Counted from the first letter of the whole stretch, positions 1 through 11,288 are shown. The stretch: DNA of 63,710 bases, filler included, from Chrysochromulina tobinii (GCA_001275005.1; 6 parts of 6 records of this genome joined end to end with filler, not necessarily neighbours in it); one strand, 5' to 3'. Translations and numbers: made by a program. The notes: generated by a model from the sequence alone, not told the origin.

Positions 1-485
1 CGGGCGTCGCCTCGAAGCCCGAACGGGCCGACCCGAGCGCGTTTGAAGCCGCCAGGGAGCCCGGCAGCGACGCCCAGTCCCGCCCCTTAGAGAAAAAAAG
101 GGCCGCAGCTTATTCGGCGTTTTCTGATCAGAATTTTCACAAGGTGACGGCCGAAAGTGTCATCTGTCAAGCGCCGCCCGCCGCGCCGCCGGGGACGGGC
201 ACGCGGGCGGCCCCGTTAGAGCCGGCCCCGGCGGCGGGGCCCGCGGGGCAAGCCGGGGCGGGGGCACGAAAGGGCACGAGCGCGAGCGGCCGACCTCGCG
301 CGGGGCACGTCACGGTCGCGCATGCGGGGTTCGGCGGGCCGCCCCGCGGCGTTGGAGCTATTAGATAAGTAGGAAAAACCGGTGTCGTGTGTGTGTGATA
401 CAAAATAATTCTAATTCCCGCCGAAGAGCACCGACCGTGAAGCGAAGACGAGCGCCAGGAGCAGAGGAGCTACATCGCGAAGTGT

Positions 486-1451
486 TCACAATAGGCTACG
501 CCGAATGGCCCTGGCCGCCTTGGGTGCGCCGCCGGCCTTGCCCGTCGCCTCCTTAAGCCTCGCGGTGAGCGCCGTATCCATGCGCGGCGTTGGCAGGAAC
601 TTGCGCGCGAAGAGGGCTGGAGCGGGCTGCTCCCAGAGCATCGGGATATTCTGCTCGTTGAACGTCTTCGAATGGCCGGTCTTCGGGTCGCCGGGCTCCA
701 TGTACGTCGTGAGCGTGCCTGTGATCGGCAGTCCCTTATGCAGCAGCAGCGTCGACCAGTACGTCTCATCGGGGATGCCATTGACGAGCTTCGACCAGCC
801 CCAGCTCGCGAAGACGCTGTCGTACTTGGACTCGGTGTCGAGGAGAGCCTTGGCGTGCTCCCACCAGAGCGTCACCCAGCCAGGCGAGAAGCGGAAATCC
901 TTCGCCGGAAGCCCCACGCTAGCGCAGCCTGGGCACACCTTGACAAACTCTGCACGCCATTGGGGTGTGTCGTTGCGTTGGTCTGCCGTCATCGGCCGCT
1001 TGTCCTCGATGAAGGACCGCGGCGGCGTGGCGGCCGCAGCCGTGCGTAGGAGCGCGTGCGCGGCCTTGCATGTCGAGATCGGCGCACACGCTTCGGAGAA
1101 GAACGAGAAGAACAGCGGCGGCAGGTGCGACTTGGCCTTTCCATCGGTCGCATACCGCAGGAGCTTCATGCGCGCGCGCACGAGCTCGTGGCCAAAGCGT
1201 CGCACCTTGGCGAGCTGCTCACGCGGCAGCGTGTTTCTTCGGTTAAAGTATTTTGCGGCCGGACCCTTCTCATCGAGCTCAGTTGCGTTGAAAGACGGAT
1301 CTACGTGGATGTGGATGCGGAAGCTGCCAGGATCGCAGCCATCAAAGTAACTGGCCCACACTTTCGGCATCGGGTGGCGCGCGCGTCGGAGCGTGAACAG
1401 GTAGGCGAGCACTGGCGGCTCAGCAGGGCTCGGTGGCTTGGCCATGGACAT
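486..1451 (-). CDS. Core-2/I-branching beta-1,6-GlcNAc transferase-like protein (GT14-like/DUF266 'Branch' family)
   Basis: Motifs LAYLF..W..YF...IHIHVDP, FSEACAP, PDETYWSTLL, LFARKF; start placed at first ATG (MSMAKP). Confidence 0.75.
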   Translation of the reverse strand: MSMAKPPSPAEPPVLAYLFTLRRARHPMPKVWASYFDGCDPGSFRIHIHVDPSFNATELDEKGPAAKYFNRRNTLPREQLAKVRRFGHELVRARMKLLRYATDGKAKSHLPPLFFSFFSEACAPISTCKAAHALLRTAAAATPPRSFIEDKRPMTADQRNDTPQWRAEFVKVCPGCASVGLPAKDFRFSPGWVTLWWEHAKALLDTESKYDSVFASWGWSKLVNGIPDETYWSTLLLHKGLPITGTLTTYMEPGDPKTGHSKTFNEQNIPMLWEQPAPALFARKFLPTPRMDTALTARLKEATGKAGGAPKAARAIRRSLL

Positions 1452-1812
1452 GTTGGTCCCCTGCAGAGACCACGGCATTGGGCTGTTTTTCTTCCGATCT
1501 CAACGACAACAAATTCGCCCGATCTGGTAATAATGCATGCATGCTCGGCCGGACCGGAAGGAGCACCTACTGAACACAACCACACCTGGACCTGCGGTGA
1601 GCTTGAGTACAGGTACAGTATGTAAGTTGTCTACTACAGGTGCAGTCAGCAAATTCAGGTCATGTTGTCCCAGAGTTGCCTATCAGATATGCAAAAAACC
1701 TCCCGGCGGCGTGTCCGAGATTGACTATCAGATACAATTCCATGGATCCCGTCCGGACAAAAGCAAAGTTGGCAGCCGTCGGAAAAACCAGGCCTTGCGT
1801 GTACTTGCGCCC

Positions 1813-2406
1813 ATGGAACCAGGCCTTCCTCACCCAACCGCGCAGGTCCGCGAACGGCGGAAGTCCAGTGATCAGGCCAGCAGCTGCTCAAATGCCATGC
1901 ATAGCACTAGTGGGTCGCTGCACAACGCCACCGGCGGCTGTGTCGCGTACACTCCTCCATGTACTCTGGTTGGAACGGAGGATGAGGGGTTTTCCCATGC
2001 GGGTTCTCAAGCCGCCGCCCGGGTCGACTCAGTCCCGGCGCTATTATCGTGGCTCGACTCCGGCCCGCCGTCGCAGCACAGGCCCGACTCACCGAAGAAG
2101 CTGCCGACAAAATTCCGCGCGCTCAAATACACGATGTTCCGGCCGCCGTATGCACGCGAGGTACAGCTACGGGACGGGTGCATAATAACAACCGACCCTG
2201 TCACGGGCGAGCAGACCAATAAGTGGCCATTCGACCGCGCCGTCAGTGCGGTCGTCGAGCCGCGCGGCGACGGAGCCGTGCTGTGGCTGATGCTCCCCGG
2301 CCGGTTGCTGCCCGTTCCCCGTCAGCGCACCCAGCTCGAGGTGTATATGCCGAGCGAGGCGCTCGCGCAGCGCACCGCGATGCAGCTGGGCTTCGAAGCC
2401 GCATGA
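1813..2406 (+). CDS. Hypothetical protein with C-terminal PH-like domain resembling the RME-8/DNAJC13 N-terminus
   Basis: KYTMFRPPYAREVQLRDGCIITTDPVTGEQTNKWPF resembles the recalled RME-8 pattern K...Y.R......ITT..P.T.E.TN.WP; start uncertain. Confidence 0.45.
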   Translation: MEPGLPHPTAQVRERRKSSDQASSCSNAMHSTSGSLHNATGGCVAYTPPCTLVGTEDEGFSHAGSQAAARVDSVPALLSWLDSGPPSQHRPDSPKKLPTKFRALKYTMFRPPYAREVQLRDGCIITTDPVTGEQTNKWPFDRAVSAVVEPRGDGAVLWLMLPGRLLPVPRQRTQLEVYMPSEALAQRTAMQLGFEAA

Positions 2407-2973
2407 TTCATACACGCCCGGTCCTTCTCTCAACTGTCGACGAATTTGGTGTGTGGCACACTCTCGCTCTGAACATACTGGGGTTCTCTCACCGAGGCCT
2501 CCACCACAACGCAGAGGCTCCAGAGGTTCCTATTAGCGGCTTTATGTTGTACGTGTAGCGGCCGGTCGTAAAGTTGTGTTTTAGCCTTATTAGGCCACGT
2601 ATCTCTAGTGTACGAGCCTATCAAATGAAGACGAACGCATACCGCAGCGCGACATAAAGCCAAAAGCGGAGCTTGGAGCGGTTACCGTAGTACACTAAAA
2701 GAGCCGACCAATTTGGGCGCTCACACATGTTAAGGACCTGCGGTCCCTGACCTTGTTCCTGACGCGGTGCGGCTGCGGTGTGGTGTTCACGTCTCAGCTT
2801 GAACACGGTTCACAGCTTCTCTACACAACTACAAGAACTACTGAGATAGTATTGTACCTCATGGCAGATAGGAGCGCACGCACGGCTCAAACCCCGGGGT
2901 CCCGGGCTCCTGGCACCGGCCGACCCTCGGCCAGCGCCACTCACACCGCATTCACACGTCGAAATTCGCGAAA

Positions 2974-4512
2974 ATGTCGCGTGCCGCCCGACTCTCAAAG
3001 CGGACTGCCGCAGTGGTGCGCGTCGTTGGCCACGTGCTCGAGCAGCAGTGGCTTCCATTAGAAGCTGCTTGGGAGCGTGAATGTCACTTGCAGCGCTATA
3101 CGGGCTTGGATCGTTCGTTGCTCCGGGACGTGTGCAGCGGCACCTTGAGGCATCTCACGTACTATGAACGGCTGATTGACTACATCGAGCCGCGCGTTTC
3201 ACGCGTCGCGAGTCTGCGCCTACTCGCAGCCTCGACGCTGTATCAGGCAGAGCATATGGAGCGAGCGCCAACGTTGGCTGCCCTGTGCCGTGCTGCCGCA
3301 GACTGCTGCCCTGAGCCGAAGGCTCGTCTGCTGCTCGATGACGTGTGCCATCGTATTGCCGCGTTGCCGGACTCGGAGCGCAAAACGATATTGTGCCCAG
3401 CAAGCGAACTGTCCTTGCCCCAATGGTTGTACAGCCGGCTTCGTGCTCAAGGGCCGCTCCTCAACTATGCGCACCTCTTGCTCGAGCGACCTGACTTCCT
3501 GACGCTTTGTGTGCCACCTGAATACTGCAGCACGCGCGAGTACGTGAAGCGGCTGCGCGAGGCCGGCTGGGACGCAAGCCCGAGCCACCTCGCTCCACAT
3601 GGCGTACAGGTGCACTCGCGACCGCGCGATGTGGGCAGCCTACCCGGGATTGCAGAGCGACGCGTGCACGTGCAGGATACAGTGCAGCAACTAGGTGCCT
3701 CGCTGCTCTCACCACTCGCACCGGGCGATCGCGTGCTCGATGCATGCGCCGCGCCCGGCGGCAAGACGCGAGCGCTGCTCAGCTACCAGCCACACGCCAC
3801 CGTGGTTGCTCTCGAGCTGGACACACGCAAGGCCACTGCCTTGGCGGCGGACATGGCGGCCCGCAGTCCCCGCGTCACCGTGCTCTGCGGCGATGCGCTG
3901 GAGCCAACGACATGGCACGAGCACAACGGCCGCCCGTTTGCAGCCATCTTGCTCGATGCCCCGTGCTCCGCCACCGGCCTGCTGCGCACGCTTCCCGAAG
4001 TCAAAGCCCATCAGACCGAGATGACCGTCAGAGCGAGCGCCGCAAAGCAGCTCGGGCTCCTTAAGGCTCTCTGGCCACTCCTCGCGCCTGGCGGTGAGCT
4101 TGTGTACTCGACGTGCTCCATCTTGAGTGAAGAGAATGAGCACGTCGTCGACGCCTTTCTCAAGCACGCCCGCGACGCAAGCCCGCTGCCGCTCGAGCAG
4201 CTACTGTCACGGACCGCGCAACGGCCACCGTCACCAGCCGCATCGCGGCCGCCGTCGAAGACCACCCTTGCCTCACGAGCGTCACCGCCCGCGAGCTTTG
4301 TGCAGCGCAGAGGGATGGGGCTGGCTTTCTTCCCTTCGACGGATCATCAGGGTGGCTTCCTTGCGCACCTTCGCAAGTCCACAAGGTCTCGCGGAGGTGG
4401 AGTACACAAACGTCTCTTCAGTAACACACCTCGACGCTCCAGCCCTCCACGCCATTTCGTAACCGACCGGCTCGGGTTCTCGCGTGCGCGGCGCGGGGGT
4501 CTCGGCTGTTGA
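2974..4512 (+). CDS. rsmB: RsmB/NOL1/NOP2/Sun family rRNA m5C methyltransferase (NusB-like N-terminus)
   Basis: VQD, VLDACAAPGGKT, ILLDAPCSATG, LVYSTCSI..EENE, GGFLAHL motifs. Confidence 0.9.
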   Translation: MSRAARLSKRTAAVVRVVGHVLEQQWLPLEAAWERECHLQRYTGLDRSLLRDVCSGTLRHLTYYERLIDYIEPRVSRVASLRLLAASTLYQAEHMERAPTLAALCRAAADCCPEPKARLLLDDVCHRIAALPDSERKTILCPASELSLPQWLYSRLRAQGPLLNYAHLLLERPDFLTLCVPPEYCSTREYVKRLREAGWDASPSHLAPHGVQVHSRPRDVGSLPGIAERRVHVQDTVQQLGASLLSPLAPGDRVLDACAAPGGKTRALLSYQPHATVVALELDTRKATALAADMAARSPRVTVLCGDALEPTTWHEHNGRPFAAILLDAPCSATGLLRTLPEVKAHQTEMTVRASAAKQLGLLKALWPLLAPGGELVYSTCSILSEENEHVVDAFLKHARDASPLPLEQLLSRTAQRPPSPAASRPPSKTTLASRASPPASFVQRRGMGLAFFPSTDHQGGFLAHLRKSTRSRGGGVHKRLFSNTPRRSSPPRHFVTDRLGFSRARRGGLGC

Positions 4513-4684
4513 CGATTCGCGTCTCCGCAATGCCGCGTGCCGGCTGGAGGAGCTTAAACTAATTACTACATGCAATTCCCCGAGATCCTACTATGTTTGA
4601 CGAAACGTATGGGAATCCCAAAGAAGGAGATGACAGCGCGTTCAGCGGTGTCGCACGAACCGCTCGTCGTCTATACTGTTATCG

Positions 4685-5953
4685 TTACCCGCGGAGGCGT
4701 CCCGAAGGTGAACGTGAAGCAAGTAAATCGACGAGCCGCGGCGAGCACTTTCTGGCACCGTTTGTGGACACAAAATTGCTGTAGCACGAACGCCACCGCC
4801 CGCCCGCGCAGCTTGTGTAATTGTGGCAAAGCAAACCTTTGATGGCGAGCGAGCAATGGTGCGTGCGCTGCCACACATGAGCGCGCCCGATGCTATCCAC
4901 CGACTTCCTCCGCTGCACGCCCCATGTCACCGGGTGCCAGAGCGCTGTCGTTGGTGCCAGCTTAAGTCCGGTTTCCCATAGAGAACTGAAGTGGTCAGCT
5001 TCGCCTGCATCGACTGCAAAGAGATTCAGCGCACTGCCATTGGTAACCATACTCAGAGCCAATCCGAGAAAGACATCTTCCCAGGCCCACGTCTTCTCTG
5101 CCCGCGTAGCGGCACCCACCCCAATTTCGCGACTTAACGTGCGCAGCTCGGCTTGCACCCATGGGTCGGAGGTCACGCGCGCAGCTAGCTGCGCTGAGAG
5201 AAAGTAGAGCGGCCCCTTGGCGAACGGGAAAGGTCCGACGATGCTGCCTGATGCTGCGACGGTCGACGCATCGGCGAGCCACTCTCGCGGTAACTCCCTT
5301 GAGGCAGCGAGCCTGACGAGCGCTGAGGAGCTGTTTGGAGCGAGGCGTCGATGGCAGTACTCGAAGCGCCCGCTACCAGACCAAGATCCGGCCGGTAGCA
5401 GACGAAAAGCGAAACGAAGACCTCGAAAGCCAACAGGCCGCCTCATCTCAAGGTCCCAATGATATGACTCCATCGAGCCCCAGTAGAGCAGCGGTGATGC
5501 ATGGGGCTGCTCGAGAGCAAGCTTGAGCAAAGTGTGGCGCAGAGTGCGCTCAACGTCCGGGAGGTGCACCCAAGTGTCATCATCTGCCTTTCCAATAAGG
5601 GACGCAGATGGCCATGCACTCTGAGCGCATCGGAGCCACGAGATGAGCTTTCGCAGCGTCCCTTGCATGCACGGCATTCGAGCCGGACACTGCAAAAAGA
5701 TCATGTCACCTTGCGCTCGGGCCTCATCAATAGTACGCTTGAGCGCACCGAGGCCGCACAGCACAAAGTAGCTGTGGATGGCTACCGGTGATGCGAGCCA
5801 TGTGCTACGGATTTCTCGTCGATGGCGGTCATGCTCGTCGACAGTGAAAATACCAAGCACCGCAAATAGCGTAGACTCCGACATTTCAGGACAGAAGTGT
5901 TCCACATCGGCCGTAGGCTCCGACGCATCGGCCGGTTTGTCGCAGGAGCGCAT
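4685..5953 (-). CDS. GT31 family beta-1,3-galactosyltransferase-like protein
   Basis: RREIRSTW, EARAQGDMIFL, KADDDTWV (DxD), PFPFAKGPLYFLS, WEDVFLG; start uncertain. Confidence 0.8.
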   Translation of the reverse strand: MRSCDKPADASEPTADVEHFCPEMSESTLFAVLGIFTVDEHDRHRREIRSTWLASPVAIHSYFVLCGLGALKRTIDEARAQGDMIFLQCPARMPCMQGTLRKLISWLRCAQSAWPSASLIGKADDDTWVHLPDVERTLRHTLLKLALEQPHASPLLYWGSMESYHWDLEMRRPVGFRGLRFAFRLLPAGSWSGSGRFEYCHRRLAPNSSSALVRLAASRELPREWLADASTVAASGSIVGPFPFAKGPLYFLSAQLAARVTSDPWVQAELRTLSREIGVGAATRAEKTWAWEDVFLGLALSMVTNGSALNLFAVDAGEADHFSSLWETGLKLAPTTALWHPVTWGVQRRKSVDSIGRAHVWQRTHHCSLAIKGLLCHNYTSCAGGRWRSCYSNFVSTNGARKCSPRLVDLLASRSPSGRLRG

Positions 5954-6475
5954 CAACCAATGGACTTGGAAAAACCGTGGGAGGAGAAGGCCAAGGCGGC
6001 AGGTCGCCCGAGATCAACTCTCGACGTACGTGGCAAGCGGCTAGGAATATAGGCCAACATTTCTGACAATGAGATTTGTTCAGAACGCAATCAGTCCATT
6101 TACGGAATCGAAGAAGCGGCGGTGCGACGTGGACTGACTTGGCCCTCAGATCCAAGGCAAGACCGTGTCCTCGATCCCGAGCACGCGCCCTGCGGTGGCC
6201 AATCGGCTGCGTGCCGCGGCCGGCGGCCTGCGGCGGCGTCCTCTGCAGCCGCGTTGCGTCGCATGCGACGCAGATGCGGTAGCGCTCCGATGGCTGGTGG
6301 CGCCCAGGAGCCGTCGTCACTGCTAATCAATCGCTTGCCTTCGATGCCGATTCGCAATCATGCGCACTGGCGCGCGCGTGGGTGCGATTCGTCTGACCAC
6401 GTGTGTGCGCCCCGTGCCGTGCCTCTCCTCGCGCAGCTGCTTCGAGCGCTCAATATAGGAACCCCCAAAAACCAA

Positions 6476-6575
6476 GTGAGTCTGCCTCACTGCGCTTGCC
6501 TTTTGCCGGTGCCGCCGCTTCCGCCGCTGCCGGTGCTCACCACTATCCGCTTCCGTGCCTCGCCTCCCGCCGCAG
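6476..6575 (+). other. Probable 5'UTR intron of the PABP gene
   Basis: Canonical GTGAGT donor at 6476 and pyrimidine-rich ...CCCGCCGCAG acceptor 13 nt before the ATG. Confidence 0.65.
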
Positions 6576-6588
6576 AAAAAAACAGCAA

Positions 6589-8544
6589 ATGCAGAACTCG
6601 TTCGCGACGGCTTCCCTCTACGTTGGCGACCTGCACCCTGAGGTCACGGAGGCTCTGCTCTTCGAGCTTTTCAACGCCGTGGGCCCGGTCGCTTCGATCC
6701 GTGTGTGCCGTGACTCGGTCTCGCGCCGCTCGCTCGGCTACGCGTACGTCAACTTCCACTCGGTCGTCGACGCTGAGCGCGCTCTCGAGACGATGAACTA
6801 CACGCTGATCAAGAACAAGCCGTGCCGCATCATGTGGTGCCACCGCGATCCGTCGCTGCGCAAGTCAGGCTCGGGCAACGTGTTCATCAAGAACCTCGAC
6901 AAGTCGATCGACAACAAGGCGCTCTATGACACTTTCTCGGCCTTTGGCAACATCCTCTCGTGCAAGGTCGCCACCGATGACTTGGGTGGCTCCAAGGGCT
7001 ACGGCTTTGTGCACTACGAGACGCAGGACGCCGCACAACTCGCTGTGTCCAAGGTGAACGGCATGCTCCTCAACGGCAAGAAGGTCTTCGTCGGCTTCTT
7101 CGTTCCGCGCAAGGACCGCGCCGAGTCGGGCGCCGCCGCCGATGCCACCTTTACCAACGTCTTCGTCAAGTCGCTCCCCGCCGAAGTCGACGACGATGAG
7201 AAGCTCATGGGCATGTTCACGCCGTACGGCGAGATCAAGTCGGCCGTGGTCATGAAGGACGGCGACGGCAAGTCGCGCGGCTTTGGCTTCGTCAACTTCG
7301 CCGAGCACGATGACGCGACCAAGGCCATCGAGGAGCTCAACGGCAAGGAGACGGACGGCAAGACCCTCTACGTCGGCCGCGCGCAGAAGAAAAGGGACCG
7401 CGAGCGCGAGCTGCGCGATAAGTTTGACCAGCTCAAGCTTGAGCGCGCGAACAAGTTCACTGGCGTCAACCTGTACGTCAAGAACCTCGACGATATCGTG
7501 GACGACGAGAAGCTGCGCGAGGCTTTCGCGCCCTACGGCTCCATCTCCTCGGCCAAGGTCATGTCCGACGACAAGGGCAACTCCAAGGGCTTCGGTTTCG
7601 TGTGCTTTGGCTCCACGGAGGAGGCGACCAAGGCGGTCTCGGAGATGAACGGGCAACTGCTGGGCAACAAGCCGCTGTACGTGGCGCTCGCGCAGCGCAA
7701 GGACGAGCGCAAGAACATCCTCGAGCAGCAGCACGTCCAGCGCTCGAACATGACTGGCATGCGCATGGCGCGCGGCCCTGAGGCGACGGGCGCCATGCCA
7801 GGTGCCTACCCAGGCCAGCCCTTCTTTTACGGCGGCGTACCCCAGCAGATGGGCATGGGCGCGCCACGCCCGGGCGGCCCGGGACAGTACATGTACCCGC
7901 AGCAGATGATGATGCGACCCGGCTACGGTGCCCCCGGGATGATGGGCGCCCCGATGGGCCAGTATGGCCTCATGGGACAGATGGGGCGCGGCGCGGGCGC
8001 CGGCCGTATGCAGCAGGGACAGCGCGGCGGCCCCGGCGGCCAGATGCGTGGCGGCAAAGGCGGGCCTGGCATGCAGGGGCGCATGCAGGGCATGCAGGGC
8101 ATGCAGATGCAGGGAGCCATGCAGGGAGCCATGCAGGGAGCTATGCAGGGGATGCCGCCACAGGGCGTGCCGCCGCCGCGCGGCGCGCCGCCACCCGGAC
8201 AGCCGATGCCCGGCCAGGGCAAGCGCGGCCAGATGCCGGGCATGGGCATGGCGCCGCAGGGCATGGCGCCGCAGGGCATGATGATGCCGCAGGACATGAC
8301 GGCAGCCTCGCTCGCGGCGGCGCCGCCCGAGCAGCAGAAGCAGCTCCTCGGCGAGCGCCTCTTCCCGCTCATCTCCCAGGTACAGCCGGCCTCTGCCGGC
8401 AAGATCACGGGCATGCTCCTCGAAATGGACAACGGCGAGCTGCTCAACCTGCTCGAGTCGCCCGAAGCGCTCAACGCCAAGATCATGGAGGCGGTCTCCG
8501 TGCTCGAGATGCACGCCGCCGAGGGCGATGGCAAGCCCGAGTAA
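6589..8544 (+). CDS. PABPC1: Cytoplasmic polyadenylate-binding protein (4 RRMs, Gly/Met/Gln/Pro linker, MLLE domain)
   Basis: ASLYVGDL, SLGYAYVNF, SKGYGFVHY, KSRGFGFVNF, NLYVKNL, and QKQLLGERLFPLI...AGKITGMLLEMD (MLLE). Confidence 0.97.
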   Translation: MQNSFATASLYVGDLHPEVTEALLFELFNAVGPVASIRVCRDSVSRRSLGYAYVNFHSVVDAERALETMNYTLIKNKPCRIMWCHRDPSLRKSGSGNVFIKNLDKSIDNKALYDTFSAFGNILSCKVATDDLGGSKGYGFVHYETQDAAQLAVSKVNGMLLNGKKVFVGFFVPRKDRAESGAAADATFTNVFVKSLPAEVDDDEKLMGMFTPYGEIKSAVVMKDGDGKSRGFGFVNFAEHDDATKAIEELNGKETDGKTLYVGRAQKKRDRERELRDKFDQLKLERANKFTGVNLYVKNLDDIVDDEKLREAFAPYGSISSAKVMSDDKGNSKGFGFVCFGSTEEATKAVSEMNGQLLGNKPLYVALAQRKDERKNILEQQHVQRSNMTGMRMARGPEATGAMPGAYPGQPFFYGGVPQQMGMGAPRPGGPGQYMYPQQMMMRPGYGAPGMMGAPMGQYGLMGQMGRGAGAGRMQQGQRGGPGGQMRGGKGGPGMQGRMQGMQGMQMQGAMQGAMQGAMQGMPPQGVPPPRGAPPPGQPMPGQGKRGQMPGMGMAPQGMAPQGMMMPQDMTAASLAAAPPEQQKQLLGERLFPLISQVQPASAGKITGMLLEMDNGELLNLLESPEALNAKIMEAVSVLEMHAAEGDGKPE

Positions 8545-10040
8545 GCGCTCGGCTCAGCGCGAGCCCCGGCACCAGGGCGGCAGGCGGCACCGGCACGGCG
8601 CGGCGCGTAGTGCGGGGCTGGAGTGTGTTTGCGCCTCCAGCCCCCCATTGTGTGCCCCGCCGCTGTCCGCACGTGTCGTCGCCCGCCTTGCCGTCTTTCT
8701 GAAGAAGGACAAGTCCGTTCGACGAGAATCTGTACCCACCCGCCCCCTCCATCACCGCCTCCGCCCTCGCCCGAGTCGCGATGACGTGTCGTTTAGACGC
8801 CCTCGCGCCTCGTGCTCCAAGCCCGCCGCGTATTCCCATCCCTTCCCGCGCGGCGGCACCTCCCCCACCATTCGTCAACTTCCCGCCTGCCACCTACCCG
8901 CCACCATTCTCTACGCTCCCCGCCAGCCCCCCCATTCCCCCCTGAGCGCCGAAACAGCCAAGGGCCGCACCGCCGCAGTATTAATCGCGGCAGTGGTGCG
9001 GTTCCGTACCGGAAGCAACGTATCGCCAATGAGACGAGTTCGCGGGGAAGGGGTTCCCCTTGCCCTCGCTCGGCCATCCGTCTGCTTCCACAACCCGACT
9101 TCTCCCCGCCACACCCCGCCGTGCCCCCCCTCCCAGGGCCCACCGAGGCTCGACACCGTCGCCGTGTCGGCCGCCCCCGCCTGCGTCGCATGCGTCTACG
9201 CGTGTGCGCGCCGGCGGATAACCCACTCTCCTCTTGCTCCTTCGACAATGGCAGGAGCCGACGCCCATAGCCCGTAGCCTGCTGCGGCGCAGACGCCAAA
9301 GGCAGGCAAAGACGGCACACTGTGTGAGGCCGCCCTACTCCTCATCACGCCTCCTCCCGGGGTGCTGACCTCTCGTCCCCAGCATGGGCGCCCGCGTCGT
9401 CCGAGGATGCATGCGTTCGTGTGTGTGCGAGCTGGGTGGCTGATGCTGGGGCAGGTGGTGTGGTGCGCACGTGCCACGTTCTCCTCCCTCTCTCGCTCTC
9501 CTTATCGCGCGCACATACCATGCGCGGCCTCTTCGCCGACCGGGGACTTCGTGTGTGCGTCTGTGTGTTCGTCCCCCTCGAGTCCTCCTCGTGGGTTGGG
9601 CGGTGGGCGCATGGATGGACTCGTTGAACTCGGGGATGCCTCATTTTGCGGCCCTGCCAAGTGGCGTTGTGGGGGGCGTTGAGTAGTTGTCGTGCGTGTG
9701 CGTTCGGCGTCGGAGAGAACGACACGCGTCACGTTTTTGGATTTTTGCGAACGGAAATACGGAATCGGCAAATGCCGCGGCGCCGGCGGCGCAAACGCGC
9801 GTCAGCCGTCGGTCACGGTCGCTCACGGCGACCGCGGACCGTGAGCTAGGGAGACGCCGTCGCGCGCATGCGTCGGGGGCTCGACGCACGCGCAGCCAAC
9901 TCCCGTCCATCGTGATTCAACTTCGGCGAACGGTGCTTCGGTGGACCTAAACGGAGCAGAACGAGGGGGGCTAGATGCGCGACGCGGGCACACGACACAG
10001 GTGGTACGCTAGCGCGTGAGTCGCGTCGGGGCGTGAGTCG

Positions 10041-11288
10041 TCACGGGGCCGGGTCGAGCGCCTGCAGCACAGCGTGCTCAGAGACGCCGCGTAGCTCGGC
10101 AAGCCGTTGCAGCGCACGGAAGAAGTCGTCGCACAGCAAAAGGCCTTCGCGGCACGTGCGCAGATCATTGTCATCGGCTACCTTGATACGGACGAGGTTG
10201 CGCATGGCATCCGCCTGCAACGTGAGCCTGCTCCAGTGCACGAGACTAAGCCCGAGCTCTGTGGCCATGTTCCCACCGATGTGCTTGACCGAGTTCTCGA
10301 GCTGAGCGTGACCACAGCCGGCCGCGCGCAGCGCCTCGATGAGCCCCTGGAAGAGCTTACCCTTGAGCACATGATGCGAGAGCGCGAGCAGGTCGAGTTC
10401 GTCATCCAGAGTGAGCGACTCCGCCACAGTGCGCGAGGCCCAAGCGATGCCCTCGCCCGAGCTGAGGTCGACTCGGAGCAGACAGTCGACCTCGCCCCGA
10501 CGAGCCCGCACCAGCGCGAGCAGCCCCTCCTCGGTCGTGGGCAGCTCGGTCGGCGCAGCGGCGGCGGCGGCGGCCGAGGCGGCGCTCGTCGGGGCGGCGC
10601 CTCTCCTAGCCGTCCGCTGCCGTCGCGTCTCAGCCTTGTCGCCGACTTTTGCGGGTGCCGATGCATCCCCTGCAGAAGAGCGCACACGCCACAAGCGCTT
10701 CGAGGGCGCGAACACCTGTTGACTCGGCACGTGCTTAACCACGTGCGTGCCGCTTCCGCTGCTCGTTGCCTCTAGATCTGAGTGCACTGTCCATGAGTCG
10801 CTGCCAGCCGCCTGCCATTCGATGTGCAACGTCTCACCCTCGTGCATAAACGCCCGCTGCCAGCCAAGGCGCACACCATCCTTTCCGAACGGCTTAACAC
10901 CCATGTGCAGTCTCGGCGTCGCGGGCTCGACATTCTCTTCGCCGCCCTTTGCTGTGCCCTTGGGTGGGGAACGAATTTTATCACGCCACTGTTTTGCCAT
11001 GCCGCGGACGCGCCCGTTGAGGCTCGCAAACGGGTTGCCGTGTACAGCAGGTTGCCACCCCGCGCGAGGTGGTGGCCATGTCTGTGCCAGGTCTACGCAC
11101 TCGCTCGGCAGCTGTGACGGAATGGCATCGTGCGTGGTGCAAAGGCAGGGTGCAAAGCCACTCGGCGGTGGTGCAAAGGCGGGATGCGCCTTGGCAAGCA
11201 CGACGGGCCCAAAGGAGCCCCCGCTCAGGCGGGACGCAGCAGGGAGCCCAAGTGGGCTCGCTTTGGGCATCCCCTTCATAAAAGGCAT
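10041..11288 (-). CDS. Hypothetical protein, possible fibronectin type III-like segment
   Basis: 415-aa ATG ORF; VRLGWQ...IEWQAAGSDSW...WRVRS spacing is weakly FN3-like. Overlaps the upstream ORF by 13 nt, so the two may be one gene. Confidence 0.45.
   Translation of the reverse strand: MPFMKGMPKASPLGLPAASRLSGGSFGPVVLAKAHPAFAPPPSGFAPCLCTTHDAIPSQLPSECVDLAQTWPPPRAGWQPAVHGNPFASLNGRVRGMAKQWRDKIRSPPKGTAKGGEENVEPATPRLHMGVKPFGKDGVRLGWQRAFMHEGETLHIEWQAAGSDSWTVHSDLEATSSGSGTHVVKHVPSQQVFAPSKRLWRVRSSAGDASAPAKVGDKAETRRQRTARRGAAPTSAASAAAAAAAPTELPTTEEGLLALVRARRGEVDCLLRVDLSSGEGIAWASRTVAESLTLDDELDLLALSHHVLKGKLFQGLIEALRAAGCGHAQLENSVKHIGGNMATELGLSLVHWSRLTLQADAMRNLVRIKVADDNDLRTCREGLLLCDDFFRALQRLAELRGVSEHAVLQALDPAP

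Noticed and set aside
144..403. GC-rich ORFs and possible foldback at the window start
   Set aside because: Extreme GC produces spurious ORFs and pairing; no defined termini.
6865..8514. Long antisense and alternate-frame ORFs (also 15118-16644, 19974-21224, 35236-36249, 46507-47610)
   Set aside because: Shadows of GC3-rich real genes; no motifs of their own.
8545..9950. ORFs downstream of PABP
   Set aside because: Low-complexity Pro/Arg translations with no motif; more likely long 3'UTR or intergenic DNA.
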